Below are positions 9,401 to 17,286 of a stretch of 20,000 bases of DNA, piece by piece (the stretch's first letter is position 1; each line of letters begins with the position of its first letter). The translations under genes and the position numbers were made by a program. The notes under the pieces were generated by a model, which had not been told where the DNA came from, did not search any database, and was given only the letters and a program-made list of their open reading frames with translations. The stretch comes from an uncultured virus (IMG/VR IMGVR_UViG_3300032233_001922). Its lineage: Duplodnaviria > Heunggongvirae > Uroviricota > Caudoviricetes. The stretch is taken from the IMG/VR virus record IMGVR_UViG_3300032233_001922. One strand, given 5' to 3'.

Positions 9401-9493
9401 TTATTGATTTAAAATTTTAAAAAGAAATATTAAAAACGCAAAAAATAACAACCACATAAGAATTTCTATAATTAATCTTTTAATTTTTTTCAT
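9401..9493 (-). CDS. micro membrane protein (30 aa, MKKIKRLIIEILMWLLFFAFLIFLFKILNQ)
   Basis: Fills the gap between two genes with 2-nt spacing on each side; one hydrophobic segment. Confidence 0.45.
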   Translation of the reverse strand: MKKIKRLIIEILMWLLFFAFLIFLFKILNQ

Positions 9494-9495
9494 AG

Positions 9496-10134
9496 CTATT
9501 TATTAAATTTTGTTATGTATTTTTCCTCTGTTGGTAATCCACCCCACATATCAATATACATTGCTCTGTTTTGCGAAAAACGATTGTTTAGAATTGGGTC
9601 TTTGGCTATCGTCATTGAATTTCTATATACAATTGGGTCTAAAAAAGAAGTCCACGATTTTTTAGCATTTACTAAAGTCATTTTGTAATCAAATGAATTG
9701 TCCTCAAAATATGCTGGGAAAAACTCCTCATCAAACTTACCAGCTTTTTTCCAAATATCAACTCTTAAAATAAAACTACACCAATTTTGAAAAGAATTAA
9801 TAAAGTCGGCATCTTGATTATTTCTTAAAATCATTTTTATTTCGTGTTCGGTTCTACCTAAAACTATATCATCATTAAGCATTAAAACGTGTGTAGCTTT
9901 CATTTTATCGGCATAATCCATTAGCATATTCCAACTTTTAGCAACCCCCAAATTTTCACTTGGTCGATATATCATAAAGTTTTCCTCTCTTGTAATTATA
10001 TTTTGTTTACCATTATCGCAAATTGCAATATGCGTTTCTTTAAAATCCTCAAAATATTTTTCTAACGCTTCATTAAGTAGGTCTGCTCTATTAAGAGTTG
10101 GTATAGCTACTATTAGTTTAAATTCTTGGCTCAT
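9496..10134 (-). CDS. Glycosyltransferase family 2 (GT-A)
   Basis: VAIPTLNR, ICDNG, NLGVAKSWN, MLNDD, FDEEFFPAYFED. Confidence 0.9.
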   Translation of the reverse strand: MSQEFKLIVAIPTLNRADLLNEALEKYFEDFKETHIAICDNGKQNIITREENFMIYRPSENLGVAKSWNMLMDYADKMKATHVLMLNDDIVLGRTEHEIKMILRNNQDADFINSFQNWCSFILRVDIWKKAGKFDEEFFPAYFEDNSFDYKMTLVNAKKSWTSFLDPIVYRNSMTIAKDPILNNRFSQNRAMYIDMWGGLPTEEKYITKFNK

Positions 10135-10140
10135 TGTGTT

Positions 10141-10272
10141 TTAATTTTCTTGTTCGTATGCTTTTTTACATTGTTTATTGCAGTAGGTTTTTTCACAAGT
10201 TTCTCCGCAGTAGGCACATTCGTTTTCGGTAATTTCTGGCAAATCTTGCTTCCAATCATCGTAGTTTTCCAT
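10141..10272 (-). CDS. small putative zinc-finger protein (43 aa)
   Basis: MENYDDWKQDLPEITENECAYCGETCEKTYCNKQCKKAYEQEN, with CxxC...CxxxC. Confidence 0.65.
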   Translation of the reverse strand: MENYDDWKQDLPEITENECAYCGETCEKTYCNKQCKKAYEQEN

Positions 10273-10297
10273 AGTTTTATTGTTGTTTAATTTTTTG

Positions 10298-10368
10298 TTG
10301 GTTTACAAGGACTCGAACCTTGAAAGACTGCACCAAAAACAGTTGTGTTACCATTACACCATAAACCA
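10298..10368 (-). tRNA. trnQ: tRNA-Gln(UUG)
   Basis: Acceptor stem TGGTTTA/TAAACCA, D arm GTGTAATGGTAACAC, anticodon arm ACTGT-TTTTGGT-GCAGT, T arm CAAGG-TTCGAGT-CCTTG; CCA not encoded. Confidence 0.95.
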
Positions 10369-10371
10369 ATT

Positions 10372-10677
10372 TTATTCTTGTATCTCTCCAGTAAACATAT
10401 CAACTGAATATTGCTTTGTTCCCTTTTGAGTTATACATATTTTTTGAACGATTGCACTTGTATTGTAACGACCATTAAACTCTTTTGATTTTAAGTAATA
10501 TGTTATTTTTACATAATCCCCTTTTTCAACTCTTAATTGGCATAGCAACGCTTTGATTTCAGTAAAACAAACAAACGCAACTGGCAAATAAATCTCGTCT
10601 TTTTTTACCCTAATTACAACTTGTGTAACCATATCGGTTGCACTAATTATGTTCATTATTTTACCAATTACAACCAT
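10372..10677 (-). CDS. putative OB-fold single-stranded DNA-binding-like protein
   Basis: VIGKI..., VEKGDYVKITYYLKSKEFNGRYNT pattern typical of SSB/DUF3127-like folds; lies in the replication module. Confidence 0.55.
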   Translation of the reverse strand: MVVIGKIMNIISATDMVTQVVIRVKKDEIYLPVAFVCFTEIKALLCQLRVEKGDYVKITYYLKSKEFNGRYNTSAIVQKICITQKGTKQYSVDMFTGEIQE

Positions 10678-10713
10678 ATCAAAAAATATTATATGTAAAA
10701 TTAAATATTATTT

Positions 10714-11535
10714 TTAATATTTAATCATTTCTATCGATAAATTTTTTGTAATTGTATTAATATCAGCATTTTTAAGCCAATTATTAACTGCGTATTCTCT
10801 TGCATAACGATTGACAATATCTTTTCTTACTAACTTAGTAAACCCAACTCCGTTGATTACATTTTTCAAAGCGGTATTTTGTGCTTTTGAACTAAACATT
10901 CTTTCTCCATAATTTAATGAAGCAGAAATTAATTCTTCGGGCATTGGTTTAGTAACTAAATTATTCTTCCAAAAAAAGTAGTACAATATATCTCCAGCAT
11001 CATAATAACTCTCGCCCTTATTTGCGGTTTCTTTTGCCATTTTAAGCAATAGTTTAAAATTATGTAACCTTTCGGCATCAGTAGGTGGAATAACCGTGTC
11101 TTGCTCAATTTTATCTAATTTTTCTTGAACTTTAAATACTATCCTTCCCCTATGAATTTGATATGCTTTTAAAACTTTAGAAACGTAAATTACAGAAAGC
11201 ATACCGTAAGGGTTCGCATCTGTTTCTAATTCTTGTTTTACTAACAAATCAATTGCTTCCTTAATATCAAAAGCGCTTAAATTTGGAAATTCATCTTTTA
11301 TGAAATTTGCTAAAATATTTGTTTCGGTTTTGTCTGGTTGCTTGATTCCAATGTAGGTCGCCCAACGTATAATTAAAGCATTGACTAAAGCTAATTCCTC
11401 TTTAGAATCAAAGTCTTTTATTTTTTTAGCACCTTTGTAGGCATTGTACAATTCCAGCTCTTTAGAAGTAGTGTTTGGTAATGATTTAATTACTCTTACC
11501 CCAACCGAGTTCTGTTGCTTGGATAACTGTTTCAT
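10714..11535 (-). CDS. hypothetical phage protein, possible replication partner of the initiator
   Basis: 273-aa ORF overlapping and downstream of the initiator-like gene; function by position only. Confidence 0.6.
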   Translation of the reverse strand: MKQLSKQQNSVGVRVIKSLPNTTSKELELYNAYKGAKKIKDFDSKEELALVNALIIRWATYIGIKQPDKTETNILANFIKDEFPNLSAFDIKEAIDLLVKQELETDANPYGMLSVIYVSKVLKAYQIHRGRIVFKVQEKLDKIEQDTVIPPTDAERLHNFKLLLKMAKETANKGESYYDAGDILYYFFWKNNLVTKPMPEELISASLNYGERMFSSKAQNTALKNVINGVGFTKLVRKDIVNRYAREYAVNNWLKNADINTITKNLSIEMIKY

Positions 11536-12166
11536 ACGCTTGTTGTTGTTTATTTGGTTCTACTATTATTATTTCGTTTAGATATGATTCAAACTTATTG
11601 CTAAATAGCGTTTGTGGTCTTAGAAATTCAGCAAACTTTGTATTCTGCCACTTTGTAGCTTTTATTGAAATTACTTTTATAAAATCATCTACCGAATAGC
11701 CTTCGTTTAATCTTGCATCGATATAAGTCCTTGTTACCTTTGAATTTGATTTATAATTTGAGCCAGTACAATCATTTAAAAAATTTACTATTTTATCGTA
11801 AACCTCAATTTCTACTTTTGGCTTTTCTTTTTTTGGTTCTACACTTTTTTCAATTTTTTCAGCAGTTACTTTTTTTGGCGGTTTTGAAAAAATCACTTCA
11901 ATATCACTCAAAATTTCTTGCTTTTTAATTATAAACAATTCGCCCCTATTTTTGGTTATTGAATATGACTTAACATAGTTTGGAAATATGCTAATTCCAT
12001 AATCTACAATTCTATAATAAGTACTTGGCGATATGTTATCAAACCTTACGTTTACATTTAATTTTAAAGGTTGGTTTTCCTCGTATTTTAATAATAGATG
12101 CAACCAAACATTTCTATATGGTTTACCTCTTTTACTGACCTCTTGAATAAAAGATATGATTTCCAT
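11486..12166 (-). CDS. phage replication initiator-like protein with conserved phage C-terminal domain (Phg_2220_C-like)
   Basis: IVNFLN..TGSNYK...IDARLNEGYSVDDFIKVI..K...W....FLRPQTLFSNKFESYLN. Confidence 0.8.
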   Translation of the reverse strand: MEIISFIQEVSKRGKPYRNVWLHLLLKYEENQPLKLNVNVRFDNISPSTYYRIVDYGISIFPNYVKSYSITKNRGELFIIKKQEILSDIEVIFSKPPKKVTAEKIEKSVEPKKEKPKVEIEVYDKIVNFLNDCTGSNYKSNSKVTRTYIDARLNEGYSVDDFIKVISIKATKWQNTKFAEFLRPQTLFSNKFESYLNEIIIVEPNKQQQAYETVIQATELGWGKSN

Positions 12167-12400
12167 TTAGTTTTCATCGATAAGTTCATCGTAAGATACT
12201 CCCAACGCTTTTTTAATCGGTTTTAAAGTATCAATATTGTAATTGGTTCTTTTACCGTTTATGATTTCATTTATGATATAGGCACTTGGGGATTTCCCTT
12301 CGTTTGTTTCCTTAATCAAATCTATGAAGTCCTTTTGTGTCATACCTCTTTGTATGAGTAGTTTATATAGCTTCGTTACTTTTACTGTTATTTCTTCCAT
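12167..12400 (-). CDS. XRE/Cro-family HTH regulator
   Basis: RGMTQKDF...INEIINGKRTNYNIDTLKPIKKALGVSYDELI. Confidence 0.85.
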   Translation of the reverse strand: MEEITVKVTKLYKLLIQRGMTQKDFIDLIKETNEGKSPSAYIINEIINGKRTNYNIDTLKPIKKALGVSYDELIDEN

Positions 12401-12612
12401 TAGTTTATTTTTAATATTTCAAGCGCTTTAAAATAATCTTTGTTGGAAGCAACTTCATTATACAATTCAACAAATTTTTTGCTACCAGCATCAACTAAAT
12501 AATTTGCTATTTTAGTTCTTACTTGTTCAAATGTACTTTTTTGTGTTTTTTGGAATAACGTTTCTGCAAAGTTATCCATTGCTTCAAAAGAAGGCGTTTT
12601 AATTACTTTCAT
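12400..12612 (-). CDS. hypothetical protein (70 aa)
   Basis: ORF with TAATG overlaps on both sides. Confidence 0.7.
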   Translation of the reverse strand: MKVIKTPSFEAMDNFAETLFQKTQKSTFEQVRTKIANYLVDAGSKKFVELYNEVASNKDYFKALEILKIN

Positions 12613-12896
12613 TATTGTTCCAATTTATAGGTTACGTAATTGCAAATATTACTGTTTCTATCAAGTACCGAACAAGGTATTGAAGTAATAATATATCCAG
12701 CTTTTCTCAAATTAAAAATAATCGCAGAAAGTCTTGTAGCACCATACTTTTCAATTGCAGTCCAACTATCAATTTGACCGTTTTCAATTAGATGTTCTTT
12801 AACTTGATTTGATTTTGTAATTTTCTTTTTTGCGGAAGTAACCCAATTTGGATTAATACCTAAATCTACATTTTGTTTTTTAGTTGTTGCTTCCAT
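12612..12896 (-). CDS. winged-HTH phage protein
   Basis: QVKEHLIENGQIDSWTAIEKYGATRLSAIIFNLRKAGYII; likely start is MEATTKK at 12896 rather than 12974. Confidence 0.75.
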   Translation of the reverse strand: MEATTKKQNVDLGINPNWVTSAKKKITKSNQVKEHLIENGQIDSWTAIEKYGATRLSAIIFNLRKAGYIITSIPCSVLDRNSNICNYVTYKLEQ

Positions 12897-13005
12897 AATT
12901 TGTGTTTGAATAATCTCTTTTTGATTAATTGATTTTTTTGTGAATTTCACGAGTAAAAATTGTTCTAAAAACATTCTTAATAAATCCCATAATTTTAATT
13001 TTTAA

Positions 13006-13257
13006 TTAATTACACCATTGACTACCGTTTGAAACTACTCCAGAAATACCGCTTACAGTTTTAGTAAGTTGTGTGCAATTATTTCTAACCGTAATGGTTG
13101 ATTGAACAATTACACCCCCATTGTTATTTGGTATGTTGTAAGACATACTTTGAACTACAACTCCGCAATTACAATCTGTTGTACTTGAAGAATCATTTGA
13201 ATCTGTCGAGCATCCTACTAAGAAAATTGCCCCTAATAATAATAATGATTTTTTCAT
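13006..13257 (-). CDS. small lipoprotein
   Basis: Lipobox LVG-C after a short hydrophobic signal; four further Cys residues. Confidence 0.75.
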   Translation of the reverse strand: MKKSLLLLGAIFLVGCSTDSNDSSSTTDCNCGVVVQSMSYNIPNNNGGVIVQSTITVRNNCTQLTKTVSGISGVVSNGSQWCN

Positions 13258-13286
13258 AATTTTATTTTTTAATGATTAAAGTTTCA

Positions 13287-13343
13287 CAAATATAATAATA
13301 ATTTTAATAATACAAAATATTATTTAAAATATTTTGTATTATT
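13287..13343 (-). promoter_or_regulatory. Promoter overlapped by a perfect 16-bp inverted repeat
   Basis: TATATTTG at 13294-13287 and TTTG at 13316-13313; AATAATACAAAATATT (13306-13321), 6 nt, AATATTTTGTATTATT (13328-13343). Confidence 0.6.
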
Positions 13344-13349
13344 TAAGAT

Positions 13350-14216
13350 TTAGTTTATTTCTTTCAATGTTTTCTCAATCAATTTACGTAGGTCATCGTG
13401 TATGATATATTGCAAAGCGGTTTCAAGTACTAATTTTGAGGTAATTAACTTTGACTTTAAAGTTTCTACATTATCAGAAATAAGTTGTTCTTTTTTCTCA
13501 ATAGTCTTTATAATCGTAGCTTGTTTTTCAACTTGCTTAGTAACTGATTTAAAATCGGCATCGATTACTTTTAATTCGTTAATCTTTTTTTGATTTTCTA
13601 TCGCTTCTAATCTCAACTTATCGTTTTCCAAACGCAAGTTTTCTTTTTCATCTGCTAACGCTTTTTCCAACAATTCTTTTTCTTCTTTGGCTACCCTATC
13701 GGATTCCACTTTAGCGCCTAATGTTGTTTTAGCATAGTTTAAAACTCCGACAAATGCTTCTTCGGTAATTATATCTAACTGTAAAGTGTTTGGGTCTAAA
13801 ACCTCAATGTAAGGTAGCATTAATTCATAACGCTTTGCTTTGAGTTCCGCTTTTCTTTTTTGGTCTTGAATTTCAGCAAAACGCTCTTGAAGTTCTAAAT
13901 GTTTTTCTGCTGGTTCTACAAGCGCAGTTAAAGTTTTCGCAATACCATCAATTAACCTACCTTCATTCAAAGATTGTTCTTTTAAAGACTTTCTTGTTTT
14001 TTCAATTTCAATTCTTTTGGCTTTTAAAAGCAATCTACCTTCTCTCGCTTCTAACATTAAGTCTTTTTGACTTTCGTCTGTTACAACTATTGCATTTGCT
14101 TTTTCGTTCCACTCGGTAGCGATTGTAGTGAACTCGTTAAATTTTTCAATAATGTAATCTGATTTTGATTTTTCAATCAATGAATTTTCTGCTAATTTTG
14201 TTATTTCTTGGTTCAT
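13350..14216 (-). CDS. coiled-coil phage protein
   Basis: 288-aa helical E/K-rich ORF (AREGRLLLKAKRIEIEKTRKSLKEQSL...IDGIAK...VEPAEKHL). Confidence 0.7.
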   Translation of the reverse strand: MNQEITKLAENSLIEKSKSDYIIEKFNEFTTIATEWNEKANAIVVTDESQKDLMLEAREGRLLLKAKRIEIEKTRKSLKEQSLNEGRLIDGIAKTLTALVEPAEKHLELQERFAEIQDQKRKAELKAKRYELMLPYIEVLDPNTLQLDIITEEAFVGVLNYAKTTLGAKVESDRVAKEEKELLEKALADEKENLRLENDKLRLEAIENQKKINELKVIDADFKSVTKQVEKQATIIKTIEKKEQLISDNVETLKSKLITSKLVLETALQYIIHDDLRKLIEKTLKEIN

Positions 14217-14244
14217 TTTTTTTTAATTTAATTGTTGTTGTTTA

Positions 14245-14427
14245 TTAAAACGGACAATCCGATTTTTTAGGTTTTAATATTAATTGTTGGTACTCACGTT
14301 TAATTTTTTCTTGTATCGCTTCACGAATGAACTTACCCACATCAACATTTAAAGACTTCATTTTTTGAAGCGTATTTAATTGCGTTTCTGAAATCCGTAT
14401 CACTTTGGTTTTAGTAAGTAGTTTCAT
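14245..14427 (-). CDS. putative ribbon-helix-helix (CopG/Arc-like) DNA-binding protein
   Basis: TKVIRISETQLNTL...VDVGKFIREAIQEKI, a beta-strand/helix/helix pattern. Confidence 0.6.
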   Translation of the reverse strand: MKLLTKTKVIRISETQLNTLQKMKSLNVDVGKFIREAIQEKIKREYQQLILKPKKSDCPF

Positions 14428-14460
14428 AATTGCAATACATTTATAGCGGTTAGCAAGTAG

Positions 14461-15075
14461 TTACAAGCAAGCTGCAAACATCCCGACCTGATTAACCTGA
14501 TTTGCGTTATAACTGCCATTTGCACAATTCAGAATATGTAATCCTAATTCTGAATTAACAGCGTTTCTATCTTCTAATTTCTTTGAATGAGCGTGGTTTT
14601 TTTTACCTACATATTGCTTCATCATTGTTCCTACTTCATCCTTTGGCAATTCTATTTTAGGAATTTTAAAATTTGACCATAAATAATGCCTCCCAACTTC
14701 TGCCGTTGGTGGTATAAAATATTCGTAATAACTAACTACATTTTCAACACAAAACTTTCCTTTAAAGAATGTTTTTAAGAATATTATTTCTTGCCATAAT
14801 TCCATTTTAGGATAACGGCTTTCAGTAATATAATTTATAAAATAGTTTGCTCTGCTATGCGTTTGGCAAGGTGGCGAAGTCCAGATAAAATCAAACTCTG
14901 AATAATGGTCTAATAAATATTTGTGAGCATCAGCAACCACAACATTATCATTCGGAAACAAAGCTTTGTATTTTTCAGCAATTTTAGCATCAAACTCAAC
15001 CGCTGTAATTTCGTGGTCGTTGCCCCATAATTTACGGTTTCCACCAATCCCACAATATAAATTTAGTATTTTCAT
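14461..15075 (-). CDS. C5-cytosine DNA methyltransferase (cassette 1)
   Basis: ILNLYCGIGG (motif I), WTSPPCQ (IV), VENV (VI). Confidence 0.85.
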   Translation of the reverse strand: MKILNLYCGIGGNRKLWGNDHEITAVEFDAKIAEKYKALFPNDNVVVADAHKYLLDHYSEFDFIWTSPPCQTHSRANYFINYITESRYPKMELWQEIIFLKTFFKGKFCVENVVSYYEYFIPPTAEVGRHYLWSNFKIPKIELPKDEVGTMMKQYVGKKNHAHSKKLEDRNAVNSELGLHILNCANGSYNANQVNQVGMFAACL

Positions 15076-15105
15076 AAGTCCATTTTGTTTAAATTAAAAG
15101 CCTGC

Positions 15106-15194
15106 TTGTAACAAGCGTTTGGAGCAAGTTGCAGAAACACTTTCTTTCTATTCAAGCTCTCGGTGGCAACCTGCACCAAGCGCAAGCGTTAGCA
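15106..15194 (+). repeat. attC-like site 1
   Basis: TTGTAAC-aa-GCGTTTGGAGCAAGTTGC...GCAACCTGCACCAAGCGC-aagc-GTTAGCA. Confidence 0.8.
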
Positions 15195-15200
15195 GTAATA

Positions 15201-16022
15201 CTACATTCCATCTCCGAATAGAGTTTTCTGCGTTAAATCTTTTTCTTTTCTTTTTTCTTCCCACGCTTTTTTAATACGTTCTTCAATAATATTACAGTAT
15301 TCATTTGATATTTCACTTCCTATCCAGTTGCGGTTATTTAAAATACTCATTTTTGCTACCGTTCCACTTCCCATAAAGCAATCATAAATTAAATCATTTT
15401 CATTGCTCCAACTTATTATGTGGTCATTTGCTAATTGTTCAGGAAATTGTGCAGGATGCCCTTTTGTTCCTGCGTTTGTAGGTATTTCCCAAACATTACC
15501 TTTTTGTTTATACTCCTTTACAGCATCATTTTTATGACCTTCTGTTGGTGTGTTTTGTGAGTTTGTTTGGTAAAATGTTCTTCCATTGGTTTTATTTCCT
15601 TTGGTTTTGCACTCTACCATTATTGGATTAAATGTGTTTGGTTTACCTTTACTAAAAACAAACATATACTCAAACTCTTGCTCATATCTGTTATGAGTTA
15701 ATGGTATGTAATTTATTTTCCTATACATCATTGTATCGTGCAAATTAAAACCAATCTCTTTGAAGTAAAGTGCTTGTTTAAAACTCGTTCCACTTTCAGT
15801 TCCTTTTACTGTTGCATCGCCTACAATCCAAATAACTACACCACCTTGTTTTGTAATTCTATACAATTCCTTTGCTATATCTTCAAAAGGAAAAGAATAT
15901 CCATTATAAGTTCGTAATCCATCATAAGGCGGAGAAGTTACCGTTAAATCCACAAAGCAATCAGGCATATTTGCCATTGTTTCTAAATTGATTTCATTGT
16001 AATTTTTATTTATCTCAATCAT
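15201..16022 (-). CDS. N4-cytosine/N6-adenine DNA methyltransferase, beta class (cassette 2)
   Basis: VDLTVTSPPY near the N-terminus; HPAQFP and IYDCFMGSGT near the C-terminus. Confidence 0.9.
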   Translation of the reverse strand: MIEINKNYNEINLETMANMPDCFVDLTVTSPPYDGLRTYNGYSFPFEDIAKELYRITKQGGVVIWIVGDATVKGTESGTSFKQALYFKEIGFNLHDTMMYRKINYIPLTHNRYEQEFEYMFVFSKGKPNTFNPIMVECKTKGNKTNGRTFYQTNSQNTPTEGHKNDAVKEYKQKGNVWEIPTNAGTKGHPAQFPEQLANDHIISWSNENDLIYDCFMGSGTVAKMSILNNRNWIGSEISNEYCNIIEERIKKAWEEKRKEKDLTQKTLFGDGM

Positions 16023-16034
16023 ATTTTTAATTTT

Positions 16035-16175
16035 TCAAATTAATATTTGCCATCGCTCAAAAAAGAAAAGAAAAAGGTTCAGTTCTCCGAATGAGCATTT
16101 GTGGTTAATTACCGTACTACTGCTAACACGTGCTATAAGCAAGTTTGCCAATAACGTTTGTGCTAAATTTGACAT
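16035..16175 (-). CDS. leader ORF starting in the loop of attC-like site 2
   Basis: ATG at 16175 gives MSNLAQTLLANLLIARVSSST...; it ends 12 nt before the MTase start. Confidence 0.35.
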   Translation of the reverse strand: MSNLAQTLLANLLIARVSSSTVINHKCSFGELNLFLFFFERWQILI

Positions 16176-16215
16176 TTCTGCAAGGCAAACCTGCTCATAG
16201 CACCATCCGTTACTG
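16121..16215 (+). repeat. attC-like site 2
   Basis: TGCTAAC-ac-GTGCTATAAGCAAGTTTGCC...GGCAAACCTGCTCATAGCAC-catcc-GTTACTG. Confidence 0.8.
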
Positions 16216-16221
16216 GCTATG

Positions 16222-16458
16222 TTACTCACGATAGTCATCATATATTTCGATAGAGCCATCGTTAATAATTACTCCTCCAAATTTATTTGAAAAAGAAATA
16301 AGTTCTTCCAAAGAATTAATTTCTATCTCTGGCTGTTTATTTGATTTTCTAAATTTTAAATAATCAGAATGTTCAAATTCAAATCCTATTTCTTGAAGTT
16401 TTAACCTATCTTCTTCATTTGGATAAAAATAACCTGTTGTTGATAATGTGAATTTCAT
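16222..16458 (-). CDS. hypothetical protein (cassette 3)
   Basis: 78-aa ORF filling the cassette. Confidence 0.75.
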   Translation of the reverse strand: MKFTLSTTGYFYPNEEDRLKLQEIGFEFEHSDYLKFRKSNKQPEIEINSLEELISFSNKFGGVIINDGSIEIYDDYRE

Positions 16459-16484
16459 TTTGTTTGTGGATTAAAAAACACAGC

Positions 16485-16615
16485 CAGTAACATACGCTAC
16501 ACAATAGTTGGGTTAATTGTTTAATTTAAAGTTTGTTTTGCACTTTTATAATCTGTCATTATCCGAAGTCTGGGTGTGTGCTTTTCCCAGCCATCGTGTA
16601 GCTTTTCCGTTAGTG
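16485..16615 (+). repeat. attC-like site 3
   Basis: CAGTAAC-atac-GCTACACAATAGTTGGG...CCCAGCCATCGTGTAGC-ttttcc-GTTAGTG. Confidence 0.8.
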
Positions 16616-17011
16616 GAAATTCGAGCGAACAATCTCACGACCTAATTTTATAATGAAATAATCTTCGTGTCCAATCGCTCCCCAATCAGTAAAACCCATT
16701 CCTATTTCAATTCCTTTACATTCTAACGTGACTTTAGGACTGTTTTTATTGTAGCCATTAGTAAACTCAACCCAATCGTATTTTTTAAAAACCGCTTCCC
16801 AATTTGATTGGTTATTTTCGTATTCAATTTCATTACATAATCTTTGAATCCAATATCTTTTGACTTCCCTATATTCTTCCGTTTTCTCCCCAGAAAGAAT
16901 CATATCGAACCATTGTTTTTTTAAAGTCAATTTCAATACCCGATTAGAACTGCCACTAACACTTGCTAAACAAGATTCGGGTATTGGTGTATTATTTAAG
17001 GTCTGTTTCAT
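16610..17011 (-). CDS. ASCH/PUA-like domain protein (cassette 4)
   Basis: VLKLTLKKQWFDMILSGEKTEEYRE...VEFTNGY...YFIIKLG. Confidence 0.8.
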   Translation of the reverse strand: MKQTLNNTPIPESCLASVSGSSNRVLKLTLKKQWFDMILSGEKTEEYREVKRYWIQRLCNEIEYENNQSNWEAVFKKYDWVEFTNGYNKNSPKVTLECKGIEIGMGFTDWGAIGHEDYFIIKLGREIVRSNFH

Positions 17012-17089
17012 TTTTGTTATTATTAGTTATTAATCGAAAATCTGTTTTTTATTTTGTCCCGAACCTCGTTTAGCAAGGGAACGTTATGT
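16954..17089 (+). repeat. attC-like site 4
   Basis: CACTAAC-a-CTTGCTAAACAAGATTCGGG...CCCGAACCTCGTTTAGCAAG-ggaac-GTTATGT. Confidence 0.8.
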
Positions 17090-17094
17090 GTAAT

Positions 17095-17286
17095 TTATAT
17101 GATACAACCCATTCCTTTGTATTCTTGTTTTTTACAGTTTTTACATTCGTGTAAATTTTGAAAGCAAATCATTTCTCCATCTTTAGGAATTGGTGTATAT
17201 CTATCAATGTTTTTCCATTTGTGAAACCCTAAACTACACATAACATACGTTTGTAGCAAGAGGACTTTAGTCTTTAATTTAAACAT
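17095..17286 (-). CDS. small Cys/His putative zinc-binding protein (cassette 5)
   Basis: CSLGFHKW...HECKNCKK. Confidence 0.65.
   Translation of the reverse strand: MFKLKTKVLLLQTYVMCSLGFHKWKNIDRYTPIPKDGEMICFQNLHECKNCKKQEYKGMGCII

Noticed and set aside
10298..10368. tRNA as a prophage attachment site
   Set aside because: It is embedded in a continuous phage operon, with no duplicated 3' end or integrase in the window.
4676..13593. Plus-strand ORFs in the track (4676, 7573, 8173, 9043, 11713, 13402)
   Set aside because: All are antisense shadows inside well-supported minus-strand genes.
16176..16259. Upstream extension of the 74-aa ORF 16035-16259
   Set aside because: It overlaps the cassette 3 gene and crosses a cassette boundary; ATG 16175 is more plausible if the ORF is real.
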